A stretch of DNA of 64,000 nt from a virus (IMGVR_UViG_3300005582_000006:1-64000); one strand, 5' to 3'; shown: positions 38,555-49,145, counted from the stretch's first letter. Notes: generated by a model not told the origin, from the sequence alone. Made by a program: numbers and translations.

Positions 38555-39246
38555 TCCATAATATCGCTTTGATCTATTGTAGATTGATTAAACTCGACAT
38601 CTATTTGTGGGCATGAATCATTTGTTTCTAAAAAGAAACAATTCAAATTTAAAAATTTAACTTCTTTGTTGTCTTCAGTATCATAAAACGACTTAACTGT
38701 ATAGTCAGCTATTTTGGCTGGATATTCAAAGTTATATATTGGAAATTTAAAACACTCTTTCATTAAAAAATTTGAAAGATTAGAAGATGCATCCGTAAGT
38801 CCAACTTGAACATATGGTGGCATTGAATAGCAATTCATTGTATTTACAAAGTCATCGTTTATTTGATCTGCAAATTCCTTAAAACAGTTATTCCCATAAA
38901 TAATCTGAGGGCTTACAACCACCTTTCTTTTTGTGCAAAATTTATCGCAAACTTTATGGGCTAGACTTTTTGATTCTTGATATGTTTTTAAATTATATGT
39001 TTCCATCAAATGTTCTGGTTTTGTTTTAATAACAGTCCAAGAACACCTTGCTGCGTAAGTTTTTAAAACATCAATTATACCATTAGATGTTTCGTTATCT
39101 TCTATAGCTATAATTACTTTTAAAGTAGAGTTAGTGAAGTCTCTAGTTATCCACCACAAACACTTTCTGAGATGATCTGAAGATTTGACAAAACCTAAAT
39201 TTACACTCAATATTTCTCTAGAATTTTCTTTAGTTCCAATAGACAT
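38542..39246 (-). CDS. Hypothetical protein, degenerate GT-A-like
   Basis: HLRKCLWWI...KVIIAIED resembles a GT2 N-terminus; no intact DxD. Confidence 0.4.
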   Translation of the reverse strand: MSIGTKENSREILSVNLGFVKSSDHLRKCLWWITRDFTNSTLKVIIAIEDNETSNGIIDVLKTYAARCSWTVIKTKPEHLMETYNLKTYQESKSLAHKVCDKFCTKRKVVVSPQIIYGNNCFKEFADQINDDFVNTMNCYSMPPYVQVGLTDASSNLSNFLMKECFKFPIYNFEYPAKIADYTVKSFYDTEDNKEVKFLNLNCFFLETNDSCPQIDVEFNQSTIDQSDIMEWLC

Positions 39247-40073
39247 TTATCTGACTCCTGTTCCATACCCAATAGATTAAAAAGTTTTGCTACTCTATTA
39301 TGTGATGTATGATTATTCCTTACATCTTTATTTATTCTTTCTACTTCGTCATTTAAAGAATCTGGATTTTGAAGCAAGTCTATAATAGCTTTAAAAAACG
39401 ATTCTTCATCTTCATAATTAAAATTATCTGCACTTATCAAATCTTTCGTCTTAGCCGATCTATACAGTATACATGGTTTTCCAGATGCGAACACCTTTAA
39501 AGGCCAAATTTCACCAGAAAATAAATCAGAAGAAACAGACAAAGAGCAAGACATTATAATATCTTTAACCAGATTTTCCTTTGCTCTTCCTAAATATTGT
39601 CTATATGGCCACTTCTTATCTCCCCACACCTTAACAATAAAACCATTTTCAGATAAAGTGTTTAAAATAACATTGTCATTATCATCTATGTATTCACCAA
39701 CATAATTAATGTCAGAAATTAAGTTTGGCTTTAATTTTCCTTTGAGCAAAGGATAGATATCTATAGATGGATCAAAATTATTAAAACAATAAACATTATC
39801 ATGAAAGTTTTTGTTTTCTAAAAAAGAAGAGTTTTTATAAAAAATAACAACTTTGCATTTTGGATAAAGATTTATTGCTTTTTTTGTAGCTCTATCAAAC
39901 GCTGATTCACATGTAATAAATAGATCTGGTTTTTTTTCATAAAACGCATCTAGAATTGATTTTTCTTTTTGTTTAAAAAATAGAAATTCATGTCCACAAG
40001 ATATAAATGCTTTGCCCCAACCTGAGAATTCTTCTATGTTTAATTGTTCTCCATGAACACAAAGAATATTCAT
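39207..40073 (-). CDS. CgeB-like glycosyltransferase (GT-B)
   Basis: DINYVG, VKVWG..WP, VFASG..., VRNNHTSHNRVAKL pattern. Confidence 0.65.
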   Translation of the reverse strand: MNILCVHGEQLNIEEFSGWGKAFISCGHEFLFFKQKEKSILDAFYEKKPDLFITCESAFDRATKKAINLYPKCKVVIFYKNSSFLENKNFHDNVYCFNNFDPSIDIYPLLKGKLKPNLISDINYVGEYIDDNDNVILNTLSENGFIVKVWGDKKWPYRQYLGRAKENLVKDIIMSCSLSVSSDLFSGEIWPLKVFASGKPCILYRSAKTKDLISADNFNYEDEESFFKAIIDLLQNPDSLNDEVERINKDVRNNHTSHNRVAKLFNLLGMEQESDKCLLELKKILEKY

Positions 40074-40074
40074 C

Positions 40075-40761
40075 TTAGCCTCTTTTCACTAGTTTCTTTG
40101 CTCTATCTATATCTTTGGAAGTATCTATCTCAACCATTTTCCAGTTGTTGTTCCTATGAGCTTTAAATATACCAGACTGATCTATTATTTCATTAAAAAT
40201 TTCAAAGCAAAATTTCTTATGTGATCTTTCATTGTTTGTTATTTTTTTATAGAGAAGCAATTCATTTCCAGTGAGCATAGCTATATGCCCCCACTTTGGA
40301 CTTACGCCATAGGAAAAATGAACCACATTGTTATCAACTACATTAACTCCAACTTCCATAGATCTTTGATTTTTTTCATTATCTATAGCAACCCAAGAAT
40401 TATTTTTTGGAGTTTCCTTAAATATTTCATCTGTAAAAACAAGATCGCCATAAATTATTAAAAGTTTTGAGTAGTTATTTCTACTTAAAGCTAAATTAAC
40501 AGACATTGATGTATTCGTAGATTCATAGCTTTTGTTTTCTATATATGAAATTAAAGATGGTATTTTTTCTAATACTTTATCTTTTTGAAATCCTACTATT
40601 ACAGTTATTTCATACTTTGGAAAACATGATTGAATTATGCTTATTTGTCTACCTATAACTGTTTGATCTGACGATATGCCAATAGCCGATTTAGGACCAT
40701 ATGCCTTCATTCTTTTGCCAAGGCCAGCAGCTAATATAACAACGCCAAGTTTATGAGCCAT
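40075..40761 (-). CDS. Nucleotidyltransferase (NTP_transferase, LicC/GlmU-like)
   Basis: VILAAGLGKRM...PK, VIVGF, IYGDLVF and EIDT..D motifs. Confidence 0.85.
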   Translation of the reverse strand: MAHKLGVVILAAGLGKRMKAYGPKSAIGISSDQTVIGRQISIIQSCFPKYEITVIVGFQKDKVLEKIPSLISYIENKSYESTNTSMSVNLALSRNNYSKLLIIYGDLVFTDEIFKETPKNNSWVAIDNEKNQRSMEVGVNVVDNNVVHFSYGVSPKWGHIAMLTGNELLLYKKITNNERSHKKFCFEIFNEIIDQSGIFKAHRNNNWKMVEIDTSKDIDRAKKLVKRG

Positions 40762-41524
40762 TACTTATTTTGTCTCTTATTCTTGCCCAATTTTTAGTCC
40801 ATATATTTTTATCTACTGTGTTAGAAGAATTATATTTTCCTGTTCTCATGATTACATACTTTTCTGGTATGTGATAACAAACAAATTTTTTAGATATTCT
40901 TATCCACCAATCGTAATCTTCTGCTACACGCATTTCTTCGTCAAAAAGACCAGATTCTTCAATTGCATATTTGGCAACTAAACTATGTGGTGGAATTATA
41001 CACTCTGACAACAATCTTTCTGAGCAGAATGGTTCTTTATATTGTTGATGAACTCTATTCTTATCTACATATAAATTTTCATAGTCACAATATACAACGC
41101 CAACATAGCCTTGATGTTCAATCATCTTCTTAACTGTTTTCTTTATTTTTCCAGAAATGTGCATATCATCTGAATCAATAAATGAAAAAAAGTCTGTTTC
41201 ATCAAAACAAGACTTTATTCCAATGTTTCTAGCTGCTGATGGGCCTCTAGATGTATTTGCAGCAATTAATTTTATTTGAAAATTGTAATTTTTATATGTT
41301 CCAATTATTCCATCAATTCCATTTTCTGAAAATGGTTTTGGATTAGTTATTAAATTATATACATTTTGTGCTGAACTATCTGTAGATCCATCATCAATAA
41401 CAACAATGCTTTTACTATCATACGGATCATTAGCAACACTGTCTAAACAGCTTTCTATCCAATGACCATAATTGTAATTTGGTACAACTACAGTTACTCT
41501 TGGCTGTTTACTATGCATGGACAT
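40751..41524 (-). CDS. Glycosyltransferase family 2
   Basis: VVVPNYNYG, VIDDGSTD, GPSAARN, FIDSDD and AEDYDWW motifs. Confidence 0.92.
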   Translation of the reverse strand: MSMHSKQPRVTVVVPNYNYGHWIESCLDSVANDPYDSKSIVVIDDGSTDSSAQNVYNLITNPKPFSENGIDGIIGTYKNYNFQIKLIAANTSRGPSAARNIGIKSCFDETDFFSFIDSDDMHISGKIKKTVKKMIEHQGYVGVVYCDYENLYVDKNRVHQQYKEPFCSERLLSECIIPPHSLVAKYAIEESGLFDEEMRVAEDYDWWIRISKKFVCYHIPEKYVIMRTGKYNSSNTVDKNIWTKNWARIRDKISNGS

Positions 41525-42342
41525 ATGTCTTCACACTTTTTAATCATGGAAGTAAGGTTCTGTGTTGTTGCCACATACTTTATTTTTTCAATAATACTAT
41601 TTGCTGGTTTTTCAGAATTGTCATCAACAACTGCTTGTTCATTTCCACGCAATGCGTTAAATATAAATGATTGAAAAGTAAGCCCATTATTTTCAGAATC
41701 AATCGGTTCTAACAACAAAAATCTTTGCATGTTATCATTTAGGGCAATGTCAATTTGCTCTACAAATTTATTTGGCACAATAAAATCGGAGGTAAAAACA
41801 GACATGTATATGCAATTTGTTTTTTGCATTGCTACATTCATAGAAACATCTCCGACATATTCACCATCAACTATATGTCTAATAGACCATTTAAATGTTA
41901 CTTTTTTATCATTAAGAAGTTTCATTATTTTTGATGGTTGAACTTCTGGATTAGCACAGAAAATTACTTCGCTAAATTGTTTAGTCTGATTGCAAATACT
42001 ATCTATAATTCTAATTAAATTGCCTTGATCTTCTTTTATCATAACTAAACAGCCAACTCTAACTGAAGATCTTTCTCTAGCACTTTCCTTTGCTTCTTCA
42101 AATGTTTTTCCTTCTAAAAAAGATGCTGGTCTATATGTCATGCAAGCATGATTATTGATTACAAAAAATTCCTTTTCATCATCGAATGATTCGTCTACTG
42201 CAACGCCATTCTCTTTAAGCTTTTTTATTTTATCAAAAGAACAATCTGTTTGAGTTTTATCAGAATAAATAGCAAATATACAGTCTTTACATGATGTATG
42301 AACAGTTCCTAGCATTATTTTCTCCTTGATTCTATATAGCAA
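41494..42342 (-). CDS. Hypothetical protein (N-terminal Cys motif, degenerate GT-A-like C-terminus)
   Basis: CKDC...C...C at the N-terminus; IDSICNQT..FSEVI. Real start is probably the second Met (MLGTVH). Confidence 0.55.
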   Translation of the reverse strand: MLYRIKEKIMLGTVHTSCKDCIFAIYSDKTQTDCSFDKIKKLKENGVAVDESFDDEKEFFVINNHACMTYRPASFLEGKTFEEAKESARERSSVRVGCLVMIKEDQGNLIRIIDSICNQTKQFSEVIFCANPEVQPSKIMKLLNDKKVTFKWSIRHIVDGEYVGDVSMNVAMQKTNCIYMSVFTSDFIVPNKFVEQIDIALNDNMQRFLLLEPIDSENNGLTFQSFIFNALRGNEQAVVDDNSEKPANSIIEKIKYVATTQNLTSMIKKCEDICPCIVNSQE

Positions 42343-42794
42343 TAAAACGAGTCAAGTTTGACATTCTCTATTATCATATCATTTTCTACAAGTATATTTT
42401 TTATAAAAGGTATTGTAATACCAGATTTTTTAAAGTTCCAACTTTCTTCTTGACCACCATAAATATATTGCGATATATCTTCTTCCTTAATGCTTCCAAT
42501 TGTTGTCAATCTACATAATTCAATAATATCTTCAAAAAATAAAAATAGTTTTCCTTCATGCTTTAATTTTTTGCACCAATGTTTAATAGTGTCTTTTATT
42601 TCTAAATGACTTATAAAATTTAAAACTCTTTTGCAGGAAATAGCATCTAATTCACCATCATCTGCAATTTTACTTAAATCTTGATAATGACAATATAAAA
42701 TACTATCAGACGATGTTGGAAATGGGCTTATATATGTAAACTCACTGTCCTCAACATCTTCTTTAAAGAATGGTATTCCTATATTTATTTTCAT
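42315..42794 (-). CDS. Class I SAM-dependent methyltransferase-like protein
   Basis: MKINIG, DAISCKRVLNFI and WCKKLKHEGKL resemble Methyltransf_11 motifs. Confidence 0.6.
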   Translation of the reverse strand: MKINIGIPFFKEDVEDSEFTYISPFPTSSDSILYCHYQDLSKIADDGELDAISCKRVLNFISHLEIKDTIKHWCKKLKHEGKLFLFFEDIIELCRLTTIGSIKEEDISQYIYGGQEESWNFKKSGITIPFIKNILVENDMIIENVKLDSFYCYIESRRK

Positions 42795-43786
42795 AGTTCC
42801 CACCAGTTTTTGGTTACTGCCTTCTGTAAAACTTCATTCCATCTATTTGTAAAAGATTCTAGAGAAAAATTTTGAAGTATTGTTTTTCTTGCTTCTTCAC
42901 CCATTTTTCTGCACAAAGAAGGATCTTCCAAACAATTATTTAAGAATAATTTAAGTTCGTTTTCATCGTTTGAAATAAATCCATTTACTCCATTTTTAAT
43001 TATTTCTGGACACATTCCATTTGCGGTAGTAATAACACAACAACCACATGCCATAGCCTCTATTAAAGTAGTTGGCAATGGACTAAATATTGATGTATTC
43101 AAAAATATACTAGATCTATTATAACTATTAACTAAATCATCAACATCTTTAGCTGGTTCAGAAAGTTCTGGATTGCTGCCGATTACAACTACTGGCATAT
43201 CTTTTGTTATGTTTTGCCATAATGTAAATCCACATTCATAATCTCTATTTTTCCAATCATTAACAACACTTAGAATGTTGTTTTCTCTTTTTATTTTCTT
43301 ATTGTTAAAAACCTTAGTGTCAACCCCATGATTAATAACTTCATGATCCTTATTGAAATCCCAAGATTTTACAGAATATTCAGAAATAAATATGTTTGTA
43401 TTACCAAATTTTTTCTTCAATGCAGTTCTTGTTTCTGTCATGCATACATGTTCTAGACATATTAATGGTATGTGTAAATGTTTAGATATAGTCAAAGCTA
43501 TATCAAATTGCATAAATTTTTCATGGCTTAGAATGGCATCAAAAACAAGATAATTTGGAATATCGGATATTTTTTTTATATTATTTAATAACTTATGGTT
43601 TTTTGGTACTTCTGCATATTGAGAATTCCAAGCTTTAATTTTTGGATTGTTTATAACCCAAAAATCAGCATTGATATCAGCCATATTAGACTGATATCTT
43701 TCATGCGTTGAAAATGTAAGTATCTTAAGTCTATCTCCACTTTTTCTAGTGGATGACCTTACTATATTACTTAATGCGGGATGCAT
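42791..43786 (-). CDS. Glycosyltransferase family 4
   Basis: INHGVD, FLNTS, PTTLIEAMACG and IKNGVNGF motifs. Confidence 0.9.
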   Translation of the reverse strand: MHPALSNIVRSSTRKSGDRLKILTFSTHERYQSNMADINADFWVINNPKIKAWNSQYAEVPKNHKLLNNIKKISDIPNYLVFDAILSHEKFMQFDIALTISKHLHIPLICLEHVCMTETRTALKKKFGNTNIFISEYSVKSWDFNKDHEVINHGVDTKVFNNKKIKRENNILSVVNDWKNRDYECGFTLWQNITKDMPVVVIGSNPELSEPAKDVDDLVNSYNRSSIFLNTSIFSPLPTTLIEAMACGCCVITTANGMCPEIIKNGVNGFISNDENELKLFLNNCLEDPSLCRKMGEEARKTILQNFSLESFTNRWNEVLQKAVTKNWWEL

Positions 43787-44521
43787 CTATTCCCCTAACT
43801 GCTCAACGATATATTTAATAAGCCCATGCCTTTGTATATCATCGCCAGTAAGGAACACTTTAGCAATATCTTTATGATTAAGTTTTTCTAAAATCCACCC
43901 CATAGTGTTTCCTTCGTAATGAGGCAAGTCTGTTTGTGTATGATCACCACAAACGATAACTTTTGCATTTTGACCAAATCTAGTTAAAAACATTTTTAAT
44001 TGCCTTCTTGTGGCATTTTGTGCTTCATCTAAAATAATCATAGAATCATGAAATGTTCTGCCTCTCATTAATTCAAGAGGGCATATTTCTAATATCTGAT
44101 CATTTCTAATTGCCTTCATTTTTGTTTTTGTGACAAAATTACCAATTGCTTCAAGCATGGCAACCATAAAAGGCTCAGTCTTTTCCTTAAGATCGCCTGG
44201 AAAAGCACCAATCTTTTGTCCACATTCAATTAATGGTCTAGCTATAATAATTTTTTCTATTTTTTTTTGCATCAATAATCCAGCAGCAACACCACAAGCT
44301 ATAAATGTTTTCCCTGCACCAGCAGGACCAGAACATATTGTAAGCGTGTGTTTTTCAATTGCTTCTATATAGATATCTTGATTTTTTGTTTTACCTTTTA
44401 TTTGATTCGTCTTTTCTTCTTCAACTGATTTATCCCTTTCTTCCTTCCAAGAAACCTCTGTAGGTTCTTCTTTATAGTTTGCAATGTCTACCCAAGTTTG
44501 TTTTTTCTTTTTTGGAGGCAT
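43787..44521 (-). CDS. phoH: PhoH family ATPase
   Basis: GPAGAGKT, RGRTF, ILDEAQN, LTRFG and GDHTQTDL motifs. Confidence 0.95.
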   Translation of the reverse strand: MPPKKKKQTWVDIANYKEEPTEVSWKEERDKSVEEEKTNQIKGKTKNQDIYIEAIEKHTLTICSGPAGAGKTFIACGVAAGLLMQKKIEKIIIARPLIECGQKIGAFPGDLKEKTEPFMVAMLEAIGNFVTKTKMKAIRNDQILEICPLELMRGRTFHDSMIILDEAQNATRRQLKMFLTRFGQNAKVIVCGDHTQTDLPHYEGNTMGWILEKLNHKDIAKVFLTGDDIQRHGLIKYIVEQLGE

Positions 44522-45611
44522 GTTTAATCACCTTTAAAAATTTTAAACCCACTTTTTCGTGGGAGAATTCGTAGGCACGATCTAAAGCAAAAGTAGCCTT
44601 AGACTTTCTAATGTCCTCCATCGAATAACAATCTCTCATCTTCCTTCTTAGGTCATGAATATCAATTGACCACCAATATTCAGATCCATCGTAAATGCCA
44701 TTAACAATCCTCTCTTGACCAAAAATAAATTCCTTATGGCAATCAACCAACCAACCAACATTGTCATTCAAATAGTCTTTGTAGCCAGAGCAATTAGTTA
44801 CAATAGGTGTCTTTCCAAAACCCATTGCATCGAATGCTGGTATGCTCCAAGCTTCACCATAAGATGCTTGCACAAAAGCATCACATGAATTGTGTAGTTT
44901 GTATATTGCGTTATTTGACAGTCTTTCTTTTATGCAAAATACTCTAGGGGGTCTTCTTACATTAAGTCCAGATGAAATAGAATTACAATATTTAGCAAAA
45001 TCTTCTTTGTCCTCATGATTTGTTTTTACTATTAAGCAAACATTTTCATCTCTTGAAAACTCTAAAAAATAAGCTTTTAATAATGCTGATAAGTTTTTCC
45101 TTCTTTTTTGTTCTCCGATAGTATAAAAAATAAAATCATTTTTAAATGTATTATCTTCAACTTGTTTTAGCTTTTCAAATTTTTCAGTATAAATAGAAAA
45201 ATCTCTAGCATGAGGAACAACATATATCGGAACTTTTACACCACTATCTCTGCACGATTCAATCATTTGATTATTTATGACAATACAACAATCCATGTTG
45301 TTTAAATGATTTTGCCATCCAGCCATTCTAAATGAAGATGTTTCATGAGCAAAAAGTGATATGTTTAAATCAAAACTTGAATCATATTGAACATGCGTTG
45401 GAAGAGTATGTTGAATAACAACATTGCAATTATCTGCTGATCTTTTTTCTAACTCTTCGACTCTTTTATGTGGAGTGTGATTTAAATCATTAAACTTTAG
45501 TGGCCTACAAACAACATTTACGCCAACTGAATCTAAAGATAATATATAATCTTCAGCAGCTTGACCATATCCAGTTCCATCTCTGTAATTTCCTATGTAA
45601 AGAACTTTCAT
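44472..45611 (-). CDS. Glycosyltransferase family 4
   Basis: GTGYGQAA, RRKNL and SYGEAWSIPAFDAMGFG motifs. Confidence 0.88.
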   Translation of the reverse strand: MKVLYIGNYRDGTGYGQAAEDYILSLDSVGVNVVCRPLKFNDLNHTPHKRVEELEKRSADNCNVVIQHTLPTHVQYDSSFDLNISLFAHETSSFRMAGWQNHLNNMDCCIVINNQMIESCRDSGVKVPIYVVPHARDFSIYTEKFEKLKQVEDNTFKNDFIFYTIGEQKRRKNLSALLKAYFLEFSRDENVCLIVKTNHEDKEDFAKYCNSISSGLNVRRPPRVFCIKERLSNNAIYKLHNSCDAFVQASYGEAWSIPAFDAMGFGKTPIVTNCSGYKDYLNDNVGWLVDCHKEFIFGQERIVNGIYDGSEYWWSIDIHDLRRKMRDCYSMEDIRKSKATFALDRAYEFSHEKVGLKFLKVIKHASKKEKTNLGRHCKL

Positions 45612-45612
45612 T

Positions 45613-47112
45613 TTAGTTCCTTATAGATTCATAGTGATTGTATTTAGATATTATTTTTTCTACTTCTTTATATATATCTTCTTTAGAAGACATATTGTAA
45701 TTTATTTTTTTCAATAACCTTGAAAACAAAAGAGAAAAATCATCATTAAAACACTTCAATAATTCTTTTAAAAATTCTACATTGTTATCAAAAGATATTT
45801 CTGAAGGTATGCTCATGTACTTTTTTGGTTCATTCCATGTATTAGAGCTTGGTATAGATAAAAAGTGATTTTTTAACTTTTCTGAAACAGCATCATAACT
45901 ATACTTTTCTTTTGCCAAATTTAATGTTTTATTAGACTTAAACTTTCTTACTGACTCTGGCTGTTTAAAATATTTAATACAAATATCTACAAAATTTTGA
46001 TTGTCTGGAAGTGCAAATTTTCTATGTGTTTCAACTTCATAATGCATTCTTTGTACTTTTATTGGAAAACCATCTAGTTTTCTAACTATATCGTACATAG
46101 CACTATAGTCTGTGGCACAAATAGGAACCCCACAAGAAGCTGCTTCTACTAATGGCATCCCAAATCCTTCTGCACAAGAGTATTGAACATATAGATCCAT
46201 TAGATTATACACCATTGCCATAGAGTCTCTTTTTGCACCAGAACTTGTGTTTGGAAACAAAGAAGATATTTTTTTACAATAATTGCATTCTATAATTGCA
46301 CCATTAAAATTTGATATAGATATGTTAAAACAACCTCTACAACTGTAGGTAAAAAACAGTTTTTTTGATATTTTTGGTCTTTCAGCTATTAACTTTGGTA
46401 TATCCCAACCAACATCTGGATAAGTAGTGTGCATATATAGAATTAATTTTGAAGATATTTCTTTTGGTGCTTGATCCAACAGCATTTCAAATGCATCAAA
46501 AAGATCTGGAATCAACTTTCTTTTTTGATTTCTCATGACAGAACCTATTATTAAGCAATCTGGATCTAAACCATGAGACTTTTTAAATTCTTTTTTGTCT
46601 TTAATCATGGTAAATACTTCATCTGCTGCTGGAGAAGCAGAAGAGATTAAATTTAGATTTGGATAATTTTCCTTAAGTATGTCTAAAGCCCAATCTGAAT
46701 ATGTAAATATAGAGTTCGCTTTAGTTAAAGTGTATATCCACTCTGGATCTAATGGAATAGAATCAATGGTTGGCATATAAGCCCAATGGAAATGTCTCTT
46801 GTAGGGTGAATCGCCAATAAAGTCATCAACCCAAGGATCTCTAAAAGACCACACTACATCTGGTTTGAATTCTAAAAGAACATCTTCAAAAATTGAAGAA
46901 CCAAATCTTCCATTGTTTTTATTTTCATCTGGATAGTATATTTTCCAAGGTGGTTTTGAAACTGATGAATGATCTTTGCCAAAGCATCCTATTTCTGCCA
47001 ATTCAAATTCTCCTGTTTGATAAAGCCTGTTCATAATCTGACAACCATAGTTGGCATATCCAGAGTTTATAAAAGTTGCTTCACCGCACAGGAGTATTCG
47101 TTTTTTTGACAT
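45613..47112 (-). CDS. Glycosyltransferase family 4 with inserted Zn ribbon
   Basis: SGYA, RNQKRK and EGFGMPLVEAASCG motifs; CRGC...CNYC insert. Confidence 0.88.
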   Translation of the reverse strand: MSKKRILLCGEATFINSGYANYGCQIMNRLYQTGEFELAEIGCFGKDHSSVSKPPWKIYYPDENKNNGRFGSSIFEDVLLEFKPDVVWSFRDPWVDDFIGDSPYKRHFHWAYMPTIDSIPLDPEWIYTLTKANSIFTYSDWALDILKENYPNLNLISSASPAADEVFTMIKDKKEFKKSHGLDPDCLIIGSVMRNQKRKLIPDLFDAFEMLLDQAPKEISSKLILYMHTTYPDVGWDIPKLIAERPKISKKLFFTYSCRGCFNISISNFNGAIIECNYCKKISSLFPNTSSGAKRDSMAMVYNLMDLYVQYSCAEGFGMPLVEAASCGVPICATDYSAMYDIVRKLDGFPIKVQRMHYEVETHRKFALPDNQNFVDICIKYFKQPESVRKFKSNKTLNLAKEKYSYDAVSEKLKNHFLSIPSSNTWNEPKKYMSIPSEISFDNNVEFLKELLKCFNDDFSLLFSRLLKKINYNMSSKEDIYKEVEKIISKYNHYESIRN

Positions 47113-47120
47113 TTTAATTC

Positions 47121-47507
47121 CTATAGTATTTGATTGCCAAAATCTTCTTCTTCTGCAAATACTTCTGAATGTTGTTCTTCTTCATCGTTTGCTTTCTGAT
47201 CTACATACCAAAATTTTTGGACTATAAATTTAATTTTATGTCTGTTTTTACCATTTTCTTTATCTACCCAACTTTCTGTTTTAGCAGAAGTATGCACTAA
47301 AATTCTAGAACCTTTTTTAAAATACTTCCCAATCAAATCAGCAGTTTTTTCCCAAGCAACACAATCAATAAAAGTCATTTCTGGTTTTTCTTGATTCTTA
47401 GATGGATTTCTAACCGAAATACAAAAGTTAACAACGGATTTACCATTGTTTAATTTTATAAGTTCTGGTTCTCTAGTCAGCTTACCAAGAAAGGAACAAA
47501 TATTCAT
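47121..47507 (-). CDS. ssb: Single-stranded DNA-binding protein
   Basis: GKLTREPEL, FIDCVAWEKTA, KKGSRI; acidic tail. Confidence 0.93.
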   Translation of the reverse strand: MNICSFLGKLTREPELIKLNNGKSVVNFCISVRNPSKNQEKPEMTFIDCVAWEKTADLIGKYFKKGSRILVHTSAKTESWVDKENGKNRHKIKFIVQKFWYVDQKANDEEEQHSEVFAEEEDFGNQIL

Positions 47508-47515
47508 TCTATCTC

Positions 47516-49141
47516 CTAAATTTGAACAACAGTTTTAACTAAAAGAGAGTCACTTTTTTTGTCTCGTTCACCTTGAATCAAGACTGTATTACCCTCTTTT
47601 AACAAAGAAGCAAAATCTTTGTACGAGTTTGGAAAACAAATGACATCATCTATTTTTCCAGTAGCATCAGATATTGATAAAAATGCCATTCTAGATCCTG
47701 GTGTTTTTCCAGCCTTTGTAAGCACTTCTTTAGACCTTCTTACTTCAACACCAAAGACCATATAGCCATTCTTTCCATCTAAGTATTCTTTGCATGTAGT
47801 GTTAGAACTACTTGTATCGCAAGAGTCTGTAGCATTATATGTTAAAGAAATTCCCAAAGAATCCTTTTCAATCCAACACACCCAACTTGGAATATCTATC
47901 AAAGGAGAAGGGGGATTTTTAATCATAGAGGCTATACTTTTTAAAACCTCAACTCTTTTGACTGAGGAACAACAACCGCCTTCTTTTTTTGTCTTTGCTG
48001 AGTTTAAAATCATATCTGGTATATTGGTGATTTCAACATTAGCTTTTATCCATTCCTTTTCTTTGTCTGTTAATTCAGACCAAGCATTAAATTCAGCAAG
48101 CAGAACCTTTCTTTTGCTGCCAAATTTTCTTAGGGCGTTAACAGCAATTAGTTTTTCAATACTTGATTTTGGCATTTCATCAGAACATTTAACCACAAAT
48201 TCTTCCCAAGAATCTATACTTTTGCCGTAATTATTTATGGCTAATTTAATTTTTTCAAATTGTGATTGTCCAATTCCTTTTACATCAGTAATACCAAACC
48301 AAATTGATATTCCATCAGTATAAAAATTACTGTTTAACATCATTAAATCTGGAGATTGAACAGTTATATTAAATTTTTTTGCATCTTCAATTAAGTCAGA
48401 TATTTCAAGCTGACTATCTGCTTTGTCTTTTGCAAAATAAAGCCAGCTAGTAAAGAATTGAACTGGAAAATGGCTCTTTAAATATGCCGTATCATATCCA
48501 ATTAGACCATAACAACAACTGTGACTGCGATTAAACGAGTATTTTTGACTCTGTTCAATCCATCCAAATATTTCTTCAGCTTGATCTTCTGAGACTACTT
48601 CTATCTTTTTAGCACCCTCAATAAACATCGTCTTACATTTTGCCATTTCGCTAGATGATTTCTTTCCCATTGCCTTACGAAGCATGTCTGCTTCTTGCAA
48701 AGTAAATCCAGCGATAACTCTAGAAAGTTCCATTGCCTGTTCTTGAAAAACAAGTGATCCATAAGTTGATTTGAGTGCTTCATCAACAATAGGATGATAG
48801 GATGAAACCTGTTCTTCTCCATTTACAATACGGCAATAATGTGCAGTCATACTAACGCCCTTATCATCCACAGAACGCAAAGCTCCTGGCCTAATAAGAG
48901 CACCTAAAGCAGTTAAATGATCAACAGTTTTTGGCCTTAGTTTCTTAGACCATTGTTTTCCAAGATCTGATTCTAACTGAAAAATTCCTTTTGTATCGCC
49001 CCTAGAGAATATATCCCAAGCAATATCGCAAGAAGGAAGATTGGTTGGATCTACTTCCATTAGAGGCAAAGAATCTTTGGTTAAAGGATCTCCAATTATT
49101 GGAAAACTACAACCACATGAAAATTTGTATGTTTTTGTCAT
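47516..49141 (-). CDS. dnaE: DNA polymerase III alpha, C-terminal half (fingers, HhH, OB)
   Basis: TKGIFQLES, ALIRPG, LVFQEQ, ADMLRKAMGKK, YSFNRSH, VKGIG and MAFLSISD motifs. Confidence 0.92.
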   Translation of the reverse strand: MTKTYKFSCGCSFPIIGDPLTKDSLPLMEVDPTNLPSCDIAWDIFSRGDTKGIFQLESDLGKQWSKKLRPKTVDHLTALGALIRPGALRSVDDKGVSMTAHYCRIVNGEEQVSSYHPIVDEALKSTYGSLVFQEQAMELSRVIAGFTLQEADMLRKAMGKKSSSEMAKCKTMFIEGAKKIEVVSEDQAEEIFGWIEQSQKYSFNRSHSCCYGLIGYDTAYLKSHFPVQFFTSWLYFAKDKADSQLEISDLIEDAKKFNITVQSPDLMMLNSNFYTDGISIWFGITDVKGIGQSQFEKIKLAINNYGKSIDSWEEFVVKCSDEMPKSSIEKLIAVNALRKFGSKRKVLLAEFNAWSELTDKEKEWIKANVEITNIPDMILNSAKTKKEGGCCSSVKRVEVLKSIASMIKNPPSPLIDIPSWVCWIEKDSLGISLTYNATDSCDTSSSNTTCKEYLDGKNGYMVFGVEVRRSKEVLTKAGKTPGSRMAFLSISDATGKIDDVICFPNSYKDFASLLKEGNTVLIQGERDKKSDSLLVKTVVQI

Positions 49142-49145
49142 ATTA

